Part shown: positions 20,292 to 31,478 of the stretch, one piece after another
Numbering within the stretch: position 1 is the stretch's first letter
Layout: every line of letters begins with the position of its first letter
Source: Cyanophyceae cyanobacterium
GTDB lineage: Bacteria; Cyanobacteriota; Cyanobacteriia; Cyanobacteriales; Laspinemataceae
Reading direction: 5' to 3'
DNA length: 64,000 nt
Assembly (NCBI GenBank): GCA_038321985.1
Contig: JBBQFN010000008.1
Location: 1 to 64,000, forward strand
The notes under the pieces: generated by a model
Told to the model about the DNA's origin: nothing
The model's database searches: none
The model's input: the letters and a program-made list of their open reading frames with translations, nothing else
Translations under genes and position numbers: made by a program

Positions 20292-21317
20292 TTAGGGATT
20301 TAGAACTTGGGTAAAAAGGAACCAACAACTGAAGGTGATACTTAACCAAGTTAGGAAACACCATCGGGTTAGTAACATTCCTTGCTGTATTCGTTCTGGG
20401 GTGATGGGATTGAGGGGAGTATTTAACAAGGGTTTTGGTTTAGGGAGGCCGCCATAATAATTAATGCCACCGAGTTGGACTCCGAGAATAACGGCATAGG
20501 TGCACTCACTCCAACCGGAATTGGGACTAGGGTCTTGGGTGGCATCGCGCTGACAGATGCGCCAAATTTCTGGGAGGCGATCGCTTAATAGTCCTAAGGT
20601 AATGACAGTTAAGCGACAGGGGAACCAAGTTAGAATGTCTTCTATTTTGGCGCTACACCATCCTAAATCAGTATAGGGTTCGTCGCGATAACCCACCATT
20701 GAATCTAAGGTAGAAGCAGCTTTATACCCTAACGCTAAGGGTAATGCGCCAATGTGAAAAATCATCGCCCCGGCGATCGCATAAAATAGGGGTGCCATCA
20801 CTCCATCCACCGCATTTTCAGTGACGGTCTCTAACACCGCCCGCATCACCTCTAACTCAGTGAGGTGGTCTGTATCTCGACCCACATACAGACTTAATGT
20901 TTGACGGGCGGTTTCTAAATCGGAGTGATTAAGGGGTGTTAATACTGTTTCGGCAGCATTGCGTAAACTTCGACCCGCAAAACAGCTTGCTAACAGGATA
21001 CTTTCGATCGCCATTCCGAATATCGGATGCAAATCATAGGACCCCTGGACAATTGCCCATCCGATCAAAGCAGTGGAGACGATCAGACCGATCGCCAGAA
21101 TAATGCCAGCAATCCGCCGATAAAGGGGGTTTTTCCAGCGCGTTAAAACCCCTTGACTATAGTGAGAAATAACCCAACCGATGGCCTGAACCGGATGGGG
21201 CCAACCCCACGGATCACCCATCAAAAAATCAAGACAAGCGGCGATCGCCAGAACGCCTGGTGCAAATTCCTCTGGTTGCACGATCGATGTAGCTAACCTC
21301 ATCCACGACAACATCAA
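20292..21317 (-). CDS. cbiB: Adenosylcobinamide-phosphate synthase CbiB/CobD
   Basis: GDP.GWPHPV, VGRDT, ENAVDGVMAPLFY, TLDSMVGY, SPNSGW.E. Confidence 0.95.
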   Translation of the reverse strand: MMLSWMRLATSIVQPEEFAPGVLAIAACLDFLMGDPWGWPHPVQAIGWVISHYSQGVLTRWKNPLYRRIAGIILAIGLIVSTALIGWAIVQGSYDLHPIFGMAIESILLASCFAGRSLRNAAETVLTPLNHSDLETARQTLSLYVGRDTDHLTELEVMRAVLETVTENAVDGVMAPLFYAIAGAMIFHIGALPLALGYKAASTLDSMVGYRDEPYTDLGWCSAKIEDILTWFPCRLTVITLGLLSDRLPEIWRICQRDATQDPSPNSGWSECTYAVILGVQLGGINYYGGLPKPKPLLNTPLNPITPERIQQGMLLTRWCFLTWLSITFSCWFLFTQVLNP

Positions 21318-21411
21318 CGGATCTATATTATTAGCGATTAGTGCTTTTCCCTGTTACCTCAGTCTAAAAACTTATTTCCTGACTGAAACTGAGAAAAGGA
21401 ACCGCCGGTTG

Positions 21412-21855
21412 CTATACCACAAAACTGGTTTCTTCGCCTTGGGCCGCTTGCCAACTTCTAGCATCAAAATAAAGATCTTCTAGGGAAATGCTATAGAGAG
21501 ATTCCTTCAGCTTTTGGTGCAAGCGATTCCATAAGCTAAACGTAACCCAATCCTCCGCTTGTTCATTGTCGGGAGAATGTCTGGGTAATGGATCAATCGT
21601 TTCTCCAACCGCTTCTAAAATTTGACCCAGAGAAATTTGTGCCGGGTGTCGTGCAAGTTGATAACCTCCCGTAGCACCGCGTAAGGATTTGACTAAACCG
21701 GCGCGGCGCATTTCCATCAGTAACTTTTCCAGATAAGGGGCGGGTAAATCCTGGCGATCGGCGATCGCTTTTACCGAAGTTGGGCCAAACTGTGGCTGCA
21801 AACTTAAATCGAGCAGCGCCTTAACGCTATAGTGTCCTCGGGTTGTTAGCTTCAT
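21412..21855 (-). CDS. Rrf2-family regulator lacking Fe-S cysteines (resembles Synechocystis Slr0846)
   Basis: MKLTTRGHYSVKAL...YLEKLL..MRRAGLVKS.RG..GGY.L. No Cys downstream of ATG 21855. Confidence 0.9.
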   Translation of the reverse strand: MKLTTRGHYSVKALLDLSLQPQFGPTSVKAIADRQDLPAPYLEKLLMEMRRAGLVKSLRGATGGYQLARHPAQISLGQILEAVGETIDPLPRHSPDNEQAEDWVTFSLWNRLHQKLKESLYSISLEDLYFDARSWQAAQGEETSFVV

Positions 21856-22881
21856 CCCTTGAATAGAATCTTTACAGTGCATCAAAACTCGGTTATAACG
21901 CGTTTCAACCCAAAGAGGGATGGCAAAGGGAAATGTTCTTCGTCCTTAGTTAGATGGTTTCTTCCGGGCGATCGGTCCAAATTTCCCCACCAAAGCGCTC
22001 ATTCTTTCATCTCTTGCACCGGGAGTTGAGTTGAATTTTATCTGGATGTATTGGTTACCTGCCCTTGATAGCTCATTTTATTTTACGGAACAAACCAAAT
22101 TTGTTGGTTTTCATAACTCGGGTACCTTTCTGGACTCGGCATTGATTACCCTCGTCTTCTCTTTCGTCTATATAGTAAAAAAGCGATCGCGTCAAGAGTC
22201 TGATGAATGATGCCTGCATTCTTTTTCCTCAGTAGAAGCACCCCTTAAAAACAAAATTAGCCTCGGCTTAACCCAAAACTTCCGCAATGGATTCGCAGTG
22301 GCATAAGATGACATAAGCCCGCTCTAAAAGTAGCTTGGCAATCCTACTCAAGGCTTACTCAAGTCTTTAAAGGTAACCCTTCAACCCCTCCAGATGCCCC
22401 TCTACCTCATCATTCCGGCCCGATTCTCTTGCTGAGCGCTTCAAGTAACCCTATCGTTAACTGAGTCGCTATTTCCAGGCTAACTGACAGGTGTCAACCC
22501 TTTCTTTAATTGATCGCGCTTCTTGCAACTGCCCTTGAATAACTCAATTCAAGACCAGTACCTTTATCATTTCAATCTTTAGGCCGCCATTCATCTGTGA
22601 CCCCGGCCTATCCCCAGATAGGTTAGAGTCAATTCAACTCCTACCTACCGATACCTCTTATCAGTCTATCCCTAGCTATCACTCATGTTTGCCGATTCCG
22701 GTGCAGCCTTCCTTGATTCCATTTGCCACAGATTGCTTTAAAATCCAGTGACTCTCTAATCTGATTCGGGTAATATAGTTTAATAATCTGACTGCTCGAA
22801 AAAAAAAGTTCTAAATTTTAGCAACACTCAGCTAAAATAGAACTCGTTAGACCTATTGTTCATGGCGGTCGTTGTAAGTCA

Positions 22882-23271
22882 ATGAGTAAAAAGAAAAAGA
22901 TGGAACCCCTAGTTGGTGAAGATCTTCTCCAAAAAGTCAAAGAGCTAGAGCACCTAAGCAAAGAAGAAAAAGCCAGAGAGTGCGGCTACTACACCCTTAC
23001 AAAAAATGGTGTAGAGCGCGTCAATATGATGAAATTCCTCAACGCCTTGATTGATGCTGAAGGAATTGAACTCGATGGCAAGCAAAACGGTCAAGGTCGT
23101 GGCGGACGTAGTGCCAGTTATCGGATTAGCGTCCAGTCAAATGGCAACTTACTGATCGGATCGGCTTACACCAAGCAGATGGATCTCAATCCGGGAGATG
23201 AATTTGAAATTTCCCTAGGGCGTAAACACATTCACTTGCGCCAAATCGATAAAGATTCTGACGAAGAATAA
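22882..23271 (+). CDS. cyAbrB2: Cyanobacterial AbrB-type regulator, probably the cyAbrB2/CalB clade
   Basis: CGYY...ERVNMMKFLNAL, SYRISVQSNGNLLIGSAYT, GDEFEI.LGRKHI.L. Confidence 0.85.
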   Translation: MSKKKKMEPLVGEDLLQKVKELEHLSKEEKARECGYYTLTKNGVERVNMMKFLNALIDAEGIELDGKQNGQGRGGRSASYRISVQSNGNLLIGSAYTKQMDLNPGDEFEISLGRKHIHLRQIDKDSDEE

Positions 23272-24435
23272 GTTTATCCGGCGATTCGGTGACGGCAACT
23301 GTACGTTAGATCGCCGCAGTTAAACGAGCGACAGAAAGCTGCTTAATTGGGTAGAGGACGGCAAGGGTTGTATCTCAACCCTTACCCAGTCTCCTGAGGA
23401 ATTATAGCGCCAGTCAATCGCCGCAGCAAGTGCCAAAATCCTTGCTGCATCTAGGCCAAGTGAGGTTCGTCGGGTGCTGTTAATGCCTCCTGGAATCCAG
23501 GGCAAACCAATAAAATACTGTTCCCCCTGTAGGCAGCAATCCGAGTGGATTCACTACTCTAATTTTGCCTTACCTTCCTTCATAGCAGCACCCTCACTTT
23601 CAATCCCGCTACCCCCCACGGAACAGGTTTGCGAGTTGGCGTTTGATAGCAGGTTAATCTATCAGTTCCCGGCTTATCCCTTGTCCCTGAGATTACCGGC
23701 TCGGGTTCCCCAGCGCAACTACAAAAAAGACAACCATAGGCGATCGCATCTAATCCGGAGTCTGACCATCCTGTAGAATCCATTCACCCATTTTTAACCC
23801 CCTTCGTTCCATCGGCCTCTCCTCCAATCCTCGCCAAAGGAGCCGATGAAAACCCCATAAATCGATAAATTCTGTGGCGTTTTCAGTAAAAAATAGCATG
23901 AATTCCGCTCTCAAACTAGGGTTGGGGCTAGAGCAGCATTTCCGCTACCCCGTCAATTCAAATCACGGAACTGCTTTGTGATCGAAGACATCAGCTTATC
24001 CTCTCGGTCTTATCCTCAAGCAGATGCTCCAGTCGGCATTCAAAATATACCCTTCCATCCCTTAGCGTCTATTCCCCTAGAGGGGGATTTTCTGACGGGT
24101 CAAAACTCATCTCCACCTCCATCGAAACCACCAAAAACCGAAAATTTCCCCCGGAATACCTGACATATATCCTTCGGCTTCAACAGATGGGTTGAGATAG
24201 GATTGCTGGGAACCGGCGATCGCCCTTGGAAGTGACTTGCAAGAGTCCGTGGATCGATAGCGACGCCTAAGAATTTCTCCCCTTAACCGCAACATCAGCC
24301 CTGAATCACCCCCGGATTCCGGAACTATTCATCAACCTCTAAGCGCTCTTGAAAACTGAGACCTAAACTAAAACGTAACAAAAGCTGCGCCGATCGCACT
24401 TGAGGGAACCAAAGATAACAAACCCAATCGTGCAA

Positions 24436-26364
24436 TTAAGCCACGCGCTCAACGTCGGATAATCCCACAGATGGTGCAGCAATCGGCGACCGTACATAAG
24501 GTGCCAACGCTTCCGAAACAGCGGCAATATTGCAAGCCAAAGAAATACCCTCGCGATCCAATAAGCCTAAAACCCGATGTGGATCAGCCGGGTCCACCAC
24601 AGGCAACTGACGCAATCCTCTAGCCGCCATTCGGTCTAACGCTTCACTGAGTAACTCATCAGGATACGCATACAAGACTTCAACAGTACAAATCTCGGAG
24701 ATCGCCTGATCAAGCCAAGGGAGTAGTACCCCTGAGTCTAGTTCGGCGACTTTATTCACCGGACGTCCACCCTGTGCGATCGCCCGCTCAATATCCTGTA
24801 AACTAATAATCCCAATTAGGCGATCGCAGCGATCAAACACCAACGCGCTGTAATACTTCCCCCGAGTCAACGCCAACCCAGCCTCTAATACCGACTGGGT
24901 ATCCTTTAACCGGAGAAAAGACTCGTGCATCGCCGCCGCCACATACATTTGTTGTAAAATCTCTACATTGCGATCGGGAGCAACATTAAACCCCATTTGT
25001 TCCGAATTCAACTCGGAATCGCTGCTCCCCTTGGGCCCTTCCACCAACCAAGCCGTTAAACCGACTGCCGCCATTAGAGGTAGCACAATCCGGTAATCCC
25101 GCGTTAGCTCAAATAGCAACAAAATAGCCGTCAGGGGCGCTTTAGCTGTTCCCGCCAATACCGCAGCCATTCCTACCATTGCATAAGCGGGGGGTGCCGC
25201 AATATGAGGGGCGATCGCCGGTAAAGTGGCCGCCAAAACTTTGCCATAAGCTGAACCCAAGGAAGCCCCCAGAAACATCGCGGGGGCAAATACTCCCCCC
25301 ACCAAACCACTCCCTTGACAGAAAGCCGTTATCCCTAGCTTGACGATCAGCAGCGCCACTAATAACGGCAAGGAAAACTCCACATCCTGAAGCATCGCCT
25401 CTACCGTTTCATATCCAATCCCGAGAATTTGGGGCCATTGCAACGCCACCAATCCCACGCCAACCCCTCCGATCGCCGGGTGAATCGGGCGCGGAATTCG
25501 ACCCAACCATCTCACTAAGGCCACTTCTCCGCGAAAGCAGCGACGTGCGAGTTGAATCGTCTCTGTAAAGGCGATCGATACTCCGGCAGCCAATAACCCC
25601 AGCCCTAAATATAGGGGTAATTCCAACGGAGAGCGAACGTCATACATCGGCAGGGTAAAAGCAGGCTGAGAACCCAAGCCAATCTGAGCAATTAACGCCG
25701 CCACCACCGCCGCCAGCAAAACCACACTCACGGCTGAGGTCGCAAACGTGGTTCCGAGTACCACCTCTAAAGCAAAAAAGACTCCGGCGATCGGGGCATT
25801 AAATCCCGCTGCCAAACCTGCCGCTGCACCCGCACCCAAGAGTAAGCGTTGGCGTTCTCGCGACACTTGCAACACTTCCCCCAAAAGCATCCCAAAATTA
25901 GCCCCAATCTCCACACTGGGACCTTCTGGACCGAGGGAGGCCCCGGTACCCAAGGAAACGGACGCCGCCACCATTTTCGTTACAGGTCTTAGGGGTAAGA
26001 GTTCCCGCAGACCCTGGGTTGCCGCAATTAAGGTCGAAATGCCGGGACCAAAATCGGGCCGATGCCACCGCATCAATCCTACGACCGCTCCCCCCAGGGC
26101 CGGAATACAAGCCAGGGTCCAAGGTCCCGCAGGGGAAATGATGCCCATCACATCCTCCAGCATCAAGGTATGGATCCAATGGATCAGGTAGTGAAAGGTG
26201 ACGATTCCCATCCCCGTACTACTCCCAATGAAAACAGCTAGTAGCAGCACTACTGTTCCAGGGGTCGGCTGTAATCGGTTCAAAAAACTCGTGACCGAGG
26301 ACTTGGAGGGGGCAGGAGGCGCTTGCCCAGGAAGTAAAAGATCAGGGGGAGGGAGGGCTGTCAT
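24436..26364 (-). CDS. ClC family chloride channel/antiporter with C-terminal CBS domains
   Basis: GASLGPEGP, AGFNAPIAG, GLVGGVFAP, APLTA..LLFELT, CBS pair. Confidence 0.93.
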   Translation of the reverse strand: MTALPPPDLLLPGQAPPAPSKSSVTSFLNRLQPTPGTVVLLLAVFIGSSTGMGIVTFHYLIHWIHTLMLEDVMGIISPAGPWTLACIPALGGAVVGLMRWHRPDFGPGISTLIAATQGLRELLPLRPVTKMVAASVSLGTGASLGPEGPSVEIGANFGMLLGEVLQVSRERQRLLLGAGAAAGLAAGFNAPIAGVFFALEVVLGTTFATSAVSVVLLAAVVAALIAQIGLGSQPAFTLPMYDVRSPLELPLYLGLGLLAAGVSIAFTETIQLARRCFRGEVALVRWLGRIPRPIHPAIGGVGVGLVALQWPQILGIGYETVEAMLQDVEFSLPLLVALLIVKLGITAFCQGSGLVGGVFAPAMFLGASLGSAYGKVLAATLPAIAPHIAAPPAYAMVGMAAVLAGTAKAPLTAILLLFELTRDYRIVLPLMAAVGLTAWLVEGPKGSSDSELNSEQMGFNVAPDRNVEILQQMYVAAAMHESFLRLKDTQSVLEAGLALTRGKYYSALVFDRCDRLIGIISLQDIERAIAQGGRPVNKVAELDSGVLLPWLDQAISEICTVEVLYAYPDELLSEALDRMAARGLRQLPVVDPADPHRVLGLLDREGISLACNIAAVSEALAPYVRSPIAAPSVGLSDVERVA

Positions 26365-27477
26365 GAAATCACGATACGTTAAAAATCTTAAAAGTTTTAA
26401 CTTTTGTTACTATTTTCTCATTTTCTGACAACCTGTGGCGCTGGGAACTGGGGTTTTTGGGGATAAATTCCAGATTTTTTCGTTGCACTATCACGGCCCG
26501 GTTTTGCCCAGTGGTGCGTCTTTTGAGTGAGCTTTGCCCGGAACTCTAGGGACGGATTCTAGGCGATTTCCCCAATGATGAGGTACATTTGGGGAGAGCG
26601 TTCACTTGACTCGTGCCTACTTGCGGTGCATCCAGGGAAAGCTAGAACCCTACCGAACAAGCTGCAAACCACTCCTATCGCTATCTGTACCGCCTGAGTC
26701 GGAGAAAGCCTAGAGGTTATAGAAGGGAGTATTTAGTTTGCTTTCTAGTTAAAAGACTGCTGAAGAGGGAGGGCGAAGTCTGGGTTCAGTTGAATCAAAT
26801 TGAGTCGGATTTCCACTGTTGCGCCTAAATCACGGAAGCGATCGCCTCAATTTTGGCCTATATTTCTCGCCATTCCGTATTCTGCGTGGATTCTACGATT
26901 TTGGATCAATTACCTAGCCCCTTGGAACGAGCGCGATCGGGTCTAAAGTCTGAGTTCTGATCCCTGCTTCAAGTTTATCTATCGCAAATGAGGAGAACTA
27001 AAAATGACTGAGTTATTTTTATAAAATGTGATTTTTAAGCTAATTTAATCTCAAAACTTTATGCTAATCCGGACAATCTCTTCCCTAGATGGAGTTGGGG
27101 CTTGTGAGCTAATTAAACTTTAGGTGTGACCCCAATCAGCAAACCCCATAGGATATAATAAAGGGAAGACGGTTCACTTGTACGGTTCTGCCTGCGAGAA
27201 CTTACTCCCTGAAGCTAATTTGACCCATTCAATGCCGGGGCGATCGCCAATCGGAGCCGGGATAAACTGAGCCGGACGCTCAGTAAGAGCCGCCTCCATC
27301 CTGGCACTTCGGGATGGGGTCTAGGCTCCCCGGCCAATTTTTATTGATGAAGTGATGTCACTTACTGACCAAAAAAAGCTCAAATAGCACCAGGGGTTTA
27401 AACCGATCAACTCAAGGGTACAGGAATTTAAACGCCCAAATATTTACAATTAATTCAGTCTTTGTCTATCAATCTTG

Positions 27478-27514
27478 TTAGAGTAGAATTAGAGTAGAAT
27501 TAGAGTAGAATTAG
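27478..27514. repeat. 11-bp tandem repeat, three copies plus a partial fourth
   Basis: (TTAGAGTAGAA)3 followed by TTAG. Confidence 0.9.
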
Positions 27515-28236
27515 GATAAACCCTGACACGGGCATGACCTTTAGATGCCATCGGGCAACCGCTCTCCCCTAGGGTTCAATTATCATCAGGAAGATGAGAC
27601 GATTTACCTGTTTTCACCCGGAGATTTCTCCCTGAGGGGATTTTGGATTCCTCTAAGCCACGGAGCTTTCCCCCAGCTAGAGCTTAGGTCTTGCCTCCTT
27701 GGACCGTTTAGGAATAGGGAGGGAAACAGGAGGGTGGTGCGAGGGTTGAGTACCCCTCCCTACCAGGGGCAGTGAAAATTCCATCCAGTTAGGGTAAACA
27801 GGCCGACTTGAAATCTGAGGCCAAAACGGGCCGTGGTCTGCCTGGGGTGCAGCGTTGAGGAGTGGTAAGTAATTTAATTTAATTACTCGCCCTAAACAAC
27901 CCACTGATTCGGGACCGAAGCCGCAACAAACTTCCACAGAAGCCCAACTGCGATCGCCCCCGTAGCGACAAGGTGTTTCCCACTCGCGGAAAAAAGTCTA
28001 AGAAGCGCGCCCTTTGTAAAACCTTAAAACCCAGGGAGTTGGGAATTGTTAAATCAGTTTAAGGCATTCATCCGAATTTTCACTTTTTCGGGTATAACAG
28101 GAGAATGCTGCTCTATCTTTCTCAAACCTGGTTAACTTTGAATATAGTTACCTCTATTTTCTCCTTCTTAGAGATTTAGCGTCAAACGTACAAACTGACC
28201 GATAGACCCCATTGCGACTACAAGCGAAATACACCC

Positions 28237-29139
28237 ATGCAAGAGATGCAAAACCAATTCACAGTTCACTTCTGGGGCGTGCGAGGGAGCATAGCGTGTC
28301 CCGGTTCCGAGACCGTCCGCTACGGTGGGAATACACCCTGCATTGAGATGCGAGTGGGTGGTGAGCGCCTAATTTTTGATGGAGGGACGGGCTTAAGGGT
28401 TTTAGGACTATCCCTGCTATCGCAGATGCCAGTCAAGGCTTCGATGTTCTTCACGCACTCCCACTGGGACCACATCCAGGGGTTTCCTTTTTTTGTACCG
28501 GCTTTTATTAAAAACAATCGGTTCCATATTCATGGGGCAATCGCACCGAATGGGGCCACCATCGAGCAACGCCTTAATGATCAAATGTTGCACCCCAATT
28601 TTCCGGTGCCGTTGCAGATTATGGGAGCTCAGCTCGAATTCCACGATATCAAAATCGGGGAAGTCGTGGAAATTGGAGAAGTCAAAGTTGAGAATGCCCT
28701 TCTGAATCATCCCGGAGAGGCTGTCGGCTATCGGGTAAGCTGGCGAGGGTATGTAGCGGCTTACATTACCGATACCGAACACTTTCCCGATCGCCTCGAT
28801 GAAAACGTACTCTCGTTAGCTCGGGATGCGGACTTGATGATTTACGATGCTACCTATACCGATGACGAGTACAACTCCCCCACATCCAGCAAAGTAGGGT
28901 GGGGACATTCTACCTGGCAGGAAGCGGTCAAAGTTGCCAAGGCAGCCAATGTGAAAAGATTAGTGATTTTCCATCACGACCCCTTGCACAGTGATGATTT
29001 CTTAGATCGCATGGGAGAGCAAGCCGCGCAACAGTTTCCAAATTCTCTGATGGCAAGAGAGGGACTCTCCATCCAGTTAATTACCCCAGGGCAAGAGGCT
29101 CCAGTCCCCGAACCGCAACAGGCCAAAGCGTCCGTTTAA
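28237..29139 (+). CDS. MBL-fold metallo-hydrolase (RNase Z/phosphodiesterase-like)
   Basis: FWGVRGS, YGGNT.C, DGGTG, THSHWDHIQG, GWGHS, FHHDP. Confidence 0.92.
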   Translation: MQEMQNQFTVHFWGVRGSIACPGSETVRYGGNTPCIEMRVGGERLIFDGGTGLRVLGLSLLSQMPVKASMFFTHSHWDHIQGFPFFVPAFIKNNRFHIHGAIAPNGATIEQRLNDQMLHPNFPVPLQIMGAQLEFHDIKIGEVVEIGEVKVENALLNHPGEAVGYRVSWRGYVAAYITDTEHFPDRLDENVLSLARDADLMIYDATYTDDEYNSPTSSKVGWGHSTWQEAVKVAKAANVKRLVIFHHDPLHSDDFLDRMGEQAAQQFPNSLMAREGLSIQLITPGQEAPVPEPQQAKASV

Positions 29140-29336
29140 TCCACAAAAATCGGTCTAAACCAGAAGGGGTGAGGCTTCAACAACACTGAGGTAGAGGTTA
29201 AATTATCCGGTGGATGCTCAAGCCTCACCCTCGCTTGAGGCGATCGCCCAGAGAAATCCGGGGGCCAGAGCAATTTCACTTAAAATTTTTTGAGCGGAGC
29301 TTGGGGAGTTTCCGTTTATATGTAAAAATGTAAACT

Positions 29337-30374
29337 GTGTGGATTACCTCTTCTCTAAAAACGGCTCTGACTCCCGCCTCTGTTGCCCTCGGAAATTTTG
29401 ACGGCATTCATCAGGGGCATAGACGAGTGATGCAGCCCATTTTAAGTCCGTCCTTCCTCCGTCAGCCTCTTTCGGTCCCGCCGCTGACGGAAGATAACTA
29501 TGGGGAAAATTCTCTCCCCAACCCCGAGGCATACCTCAACAATGCCGAGGAAAGTATTTTAGAACCCTACCCCACGGTCGTTACCTTTAATCCCCATCCC
29601 CAGGAATTTTTTTCGGGGCAACGGCGCAGCCTGTTAACCCCCCTAAGTGAAAAGGTCAAATATTTAGAAGAGATCGGGGTTCAACAGCTTATTTTGCTGC
29701 CCTTTGACCAAGAGTTGGCAAATATGACCCCAGAAGAGTTTGTGGAAGAAATTCTGGTGCGTCAACTCAAAGCGCAACAGATTAGTGTGGGCCAGGATTT
29801 TTGTTTTGGGAGGCAGCGATCGGGGACCGTCAACGAACTCAAGGCGATCGCCTCTCGTTACGGCGTCAAAGTCACCCTGGTTCCCTTGCAAACCGCAGAC
29901 GGAAACCGGATTAGCAGTTCTGCCATTCGCGAAGCCCTGCTTGAGGGCAACCTAGCCCAAGCCAACTCTATTCTCGGGCGTCCCTACAGTCTGATTGGAG
30001 AAGTGGTGCGCGGACAACAGATTGGGAGAACCATTGGATTTCCGACCGCTAACTTGCAACTTCCTGAGCAGAAATTTTTACCCCGCCACGGAGTTTATGC
30101 CGTGCGTGTTTATAGTTCCCCCACTCTCCCCGAAGAGAAGCCCGTAATTGGTGCGTTGAATATAGGGACTCGTCCCACCGTCGATGCGATCGCCACCCCA
30201 ACCGTAGAAGTGCACTTATTAGATTGGTCGGGGGATTTGTACGGAAAAACCTTGACCTTGCAGCTAGAGCACTTTTTGCGTCCACAACAAAAATTTGACT
30301 CTTTAGAACAACTCAAAGCCCAAATTCAAACCGACTGCGCCACCGCGCGATCGCTGTTGAACACTTCCGAGTAA
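29337..30374 (+). CDS. ribF: Bifunctional riboflavin kinase/FAD synthetase
   Basis: GNFDGIHQGH, ISSS.IR, GRTIGFPTAN, NIG.RPT, EVHL. Confidence 0.96.
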   Translation: MWITSSLKTALTPASVALGNFDGIHQGHRRVMQPILSPSFLRQPLSVPPLTEDNYGENSLPNPEAYLNNAEESILEPYPTVVTFNPHPQEFFSGQRRSLLTPLSEKVKYLEEIGVQQLILLPFDQELANMTPEEFVEEILVRQLKAQQISVGQDFCFGRQRSGTVNELKAIASRYGVKVTLVPLQTADGNRISSSAIREALLEGNLAQANSILGRPYSLIGEVVRGQQIGRTIGFPTANLQLPEQKFLPRHGVYAVRVYSSPTLPEEKPVIGALNIGTRPTVDAIATPTVEVHLLDWSGDLYGKTLTLQLEHFLRPQQKFDSLEQLKAQIQTDCATARSLLNTSE

Positions 30375-30489
30375 TCCTTATCCGGTTTGCCCGTAAGCTG
30401 GTAATAGGGATCTATTCTCCATCCCTCATGAGCGAGGACGAGATAAATCCCCTACTACCTAATTACCTCTGGGTGATATTGAGCTAATT

Positions 30490-31401
30490 ATGAGAGACCG
30501 TGTAGAAAAACTGACCCAAAATCTAAGCCAGACCATTGTCGGCAAAACTGATGCCATTCGCCTAGTTCTAGTGGCGCTCTTGAGCGGGGGGCACGCCTTG
30601 CTCGAAGATGTCCCCGGCGTCGGCAAAACCCTGGTTGCCAAATCCCTGGCTCGTTCCATTGCCGGAGACTTTAAACGCATTCAGTGTACCCCCGACCTCT
30701 TACCCACCGATATCACCGGGACCAATATCTGGAATCCCAATAGCGGCGAGTTTCAATTTCTCCCCGGGCCAGTGTTTACCAATATTCTCCTGGCGGATGA
30801 AATCAACCGCGCCACCCCACGCACCCAATCTGCCTTGTTAGAGGTGATGGAAGAACAACAAGTCACCATTGATGGAGTAGCCCGAATGGTTTCCCATCCC
30901 TTTTTTGTAATTGCTACTCAAAACCCGATTGAGTATCAAGGCACATTCCCTTTACCCGAAGCACAAATGGACCGCTTCACCCTGTCCTTTTCGATTGGGT
31001 ATCCCAGCGAAGCAGAAGAACTCCAAATGCTGCACCGCCTTGAACACAAAGGGTCCAACTTCCGGGAATTGGAACCCTGCCTAGAACTGGAAGACATCAT
31101 TGAACTGCAACATCTTTGTTCTCAGGTGCGGGTCGATCGCTCCTTGCAGCAATATATCGTGAATTTAGTCCGTGCTACCCGAGAGTCTGAGGAAGTCACC
31201 CTCGGTGCGAGTCCGCGCGGTGCCCTGGCCTTGCAACGGGCCACTCAAGCACTGGCCTTTCTGGAGGGTCGAGATTACGCCGTTCCTGATGATGTGAAAT
31301 TTTTAACTCCTCACGTGCTTTGTCACCGCCTGATTCCCTCCGGGGGACGTCGGGCTAAAACCATTGTGGAGCAACTATTGCGATCAATTTCCATTCCTTA
31401 A
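30490..31401 (+). CDS. MoxR family AAA+ ATPase
   Basis: LEDVPGVGKT, RIQCTPDLLP.D, DEINRA.P.TQSALLE, ATQNP, LPEAQMDRF. Confidence 0.95.
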   Translation: MRDRVEKLTQNLSQTIVGKTDAIRLVLVALLSGGHALLEDVPGVGKTLVAKSLARSIAGDFKRIQCTPDLLPTDITGTNIWNPNSGEFQFLPGPVFTNILLADEINRATPRTQSALLEVMEEQQVTIDGVARMVSHPFFVIATQNPIEYQGTFPLPEAQMDRFTLSFSIGYPSEAEELQMLHRLEHKGSNFRELEPCLELEDIIELQHLCSQVRVDRSLQQYIVNLVRATRESEEVTLGASPRGALALQRATQALAFLEGRDYAVPDDVKFLTPHVLCHRLIPSGGRRAKTIVEQLLRSISIP

Positions 31402-31478
31402 GGGGCAAGGGGGATGCCTGGAGTATTCAGAATCAGAATTCGTTCTGGAACCTGCAAGTATCCACCCTGACTGCTTGA

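Noticed and set aside
23320..24295. Short ORFs between cyAbrB2 and clc
   Set aside because: They overlap on both strands and have no recognisable motifs. Hairpins at about 23279-23395 look like ordinary 3' structures.
29440..29565. Roughly 40-aa insertion in RibF containing a small hairpin
   Set aside because: It has no intein or intron hallmarks, and variable loops at this position are common in cyanobacterial RibF.
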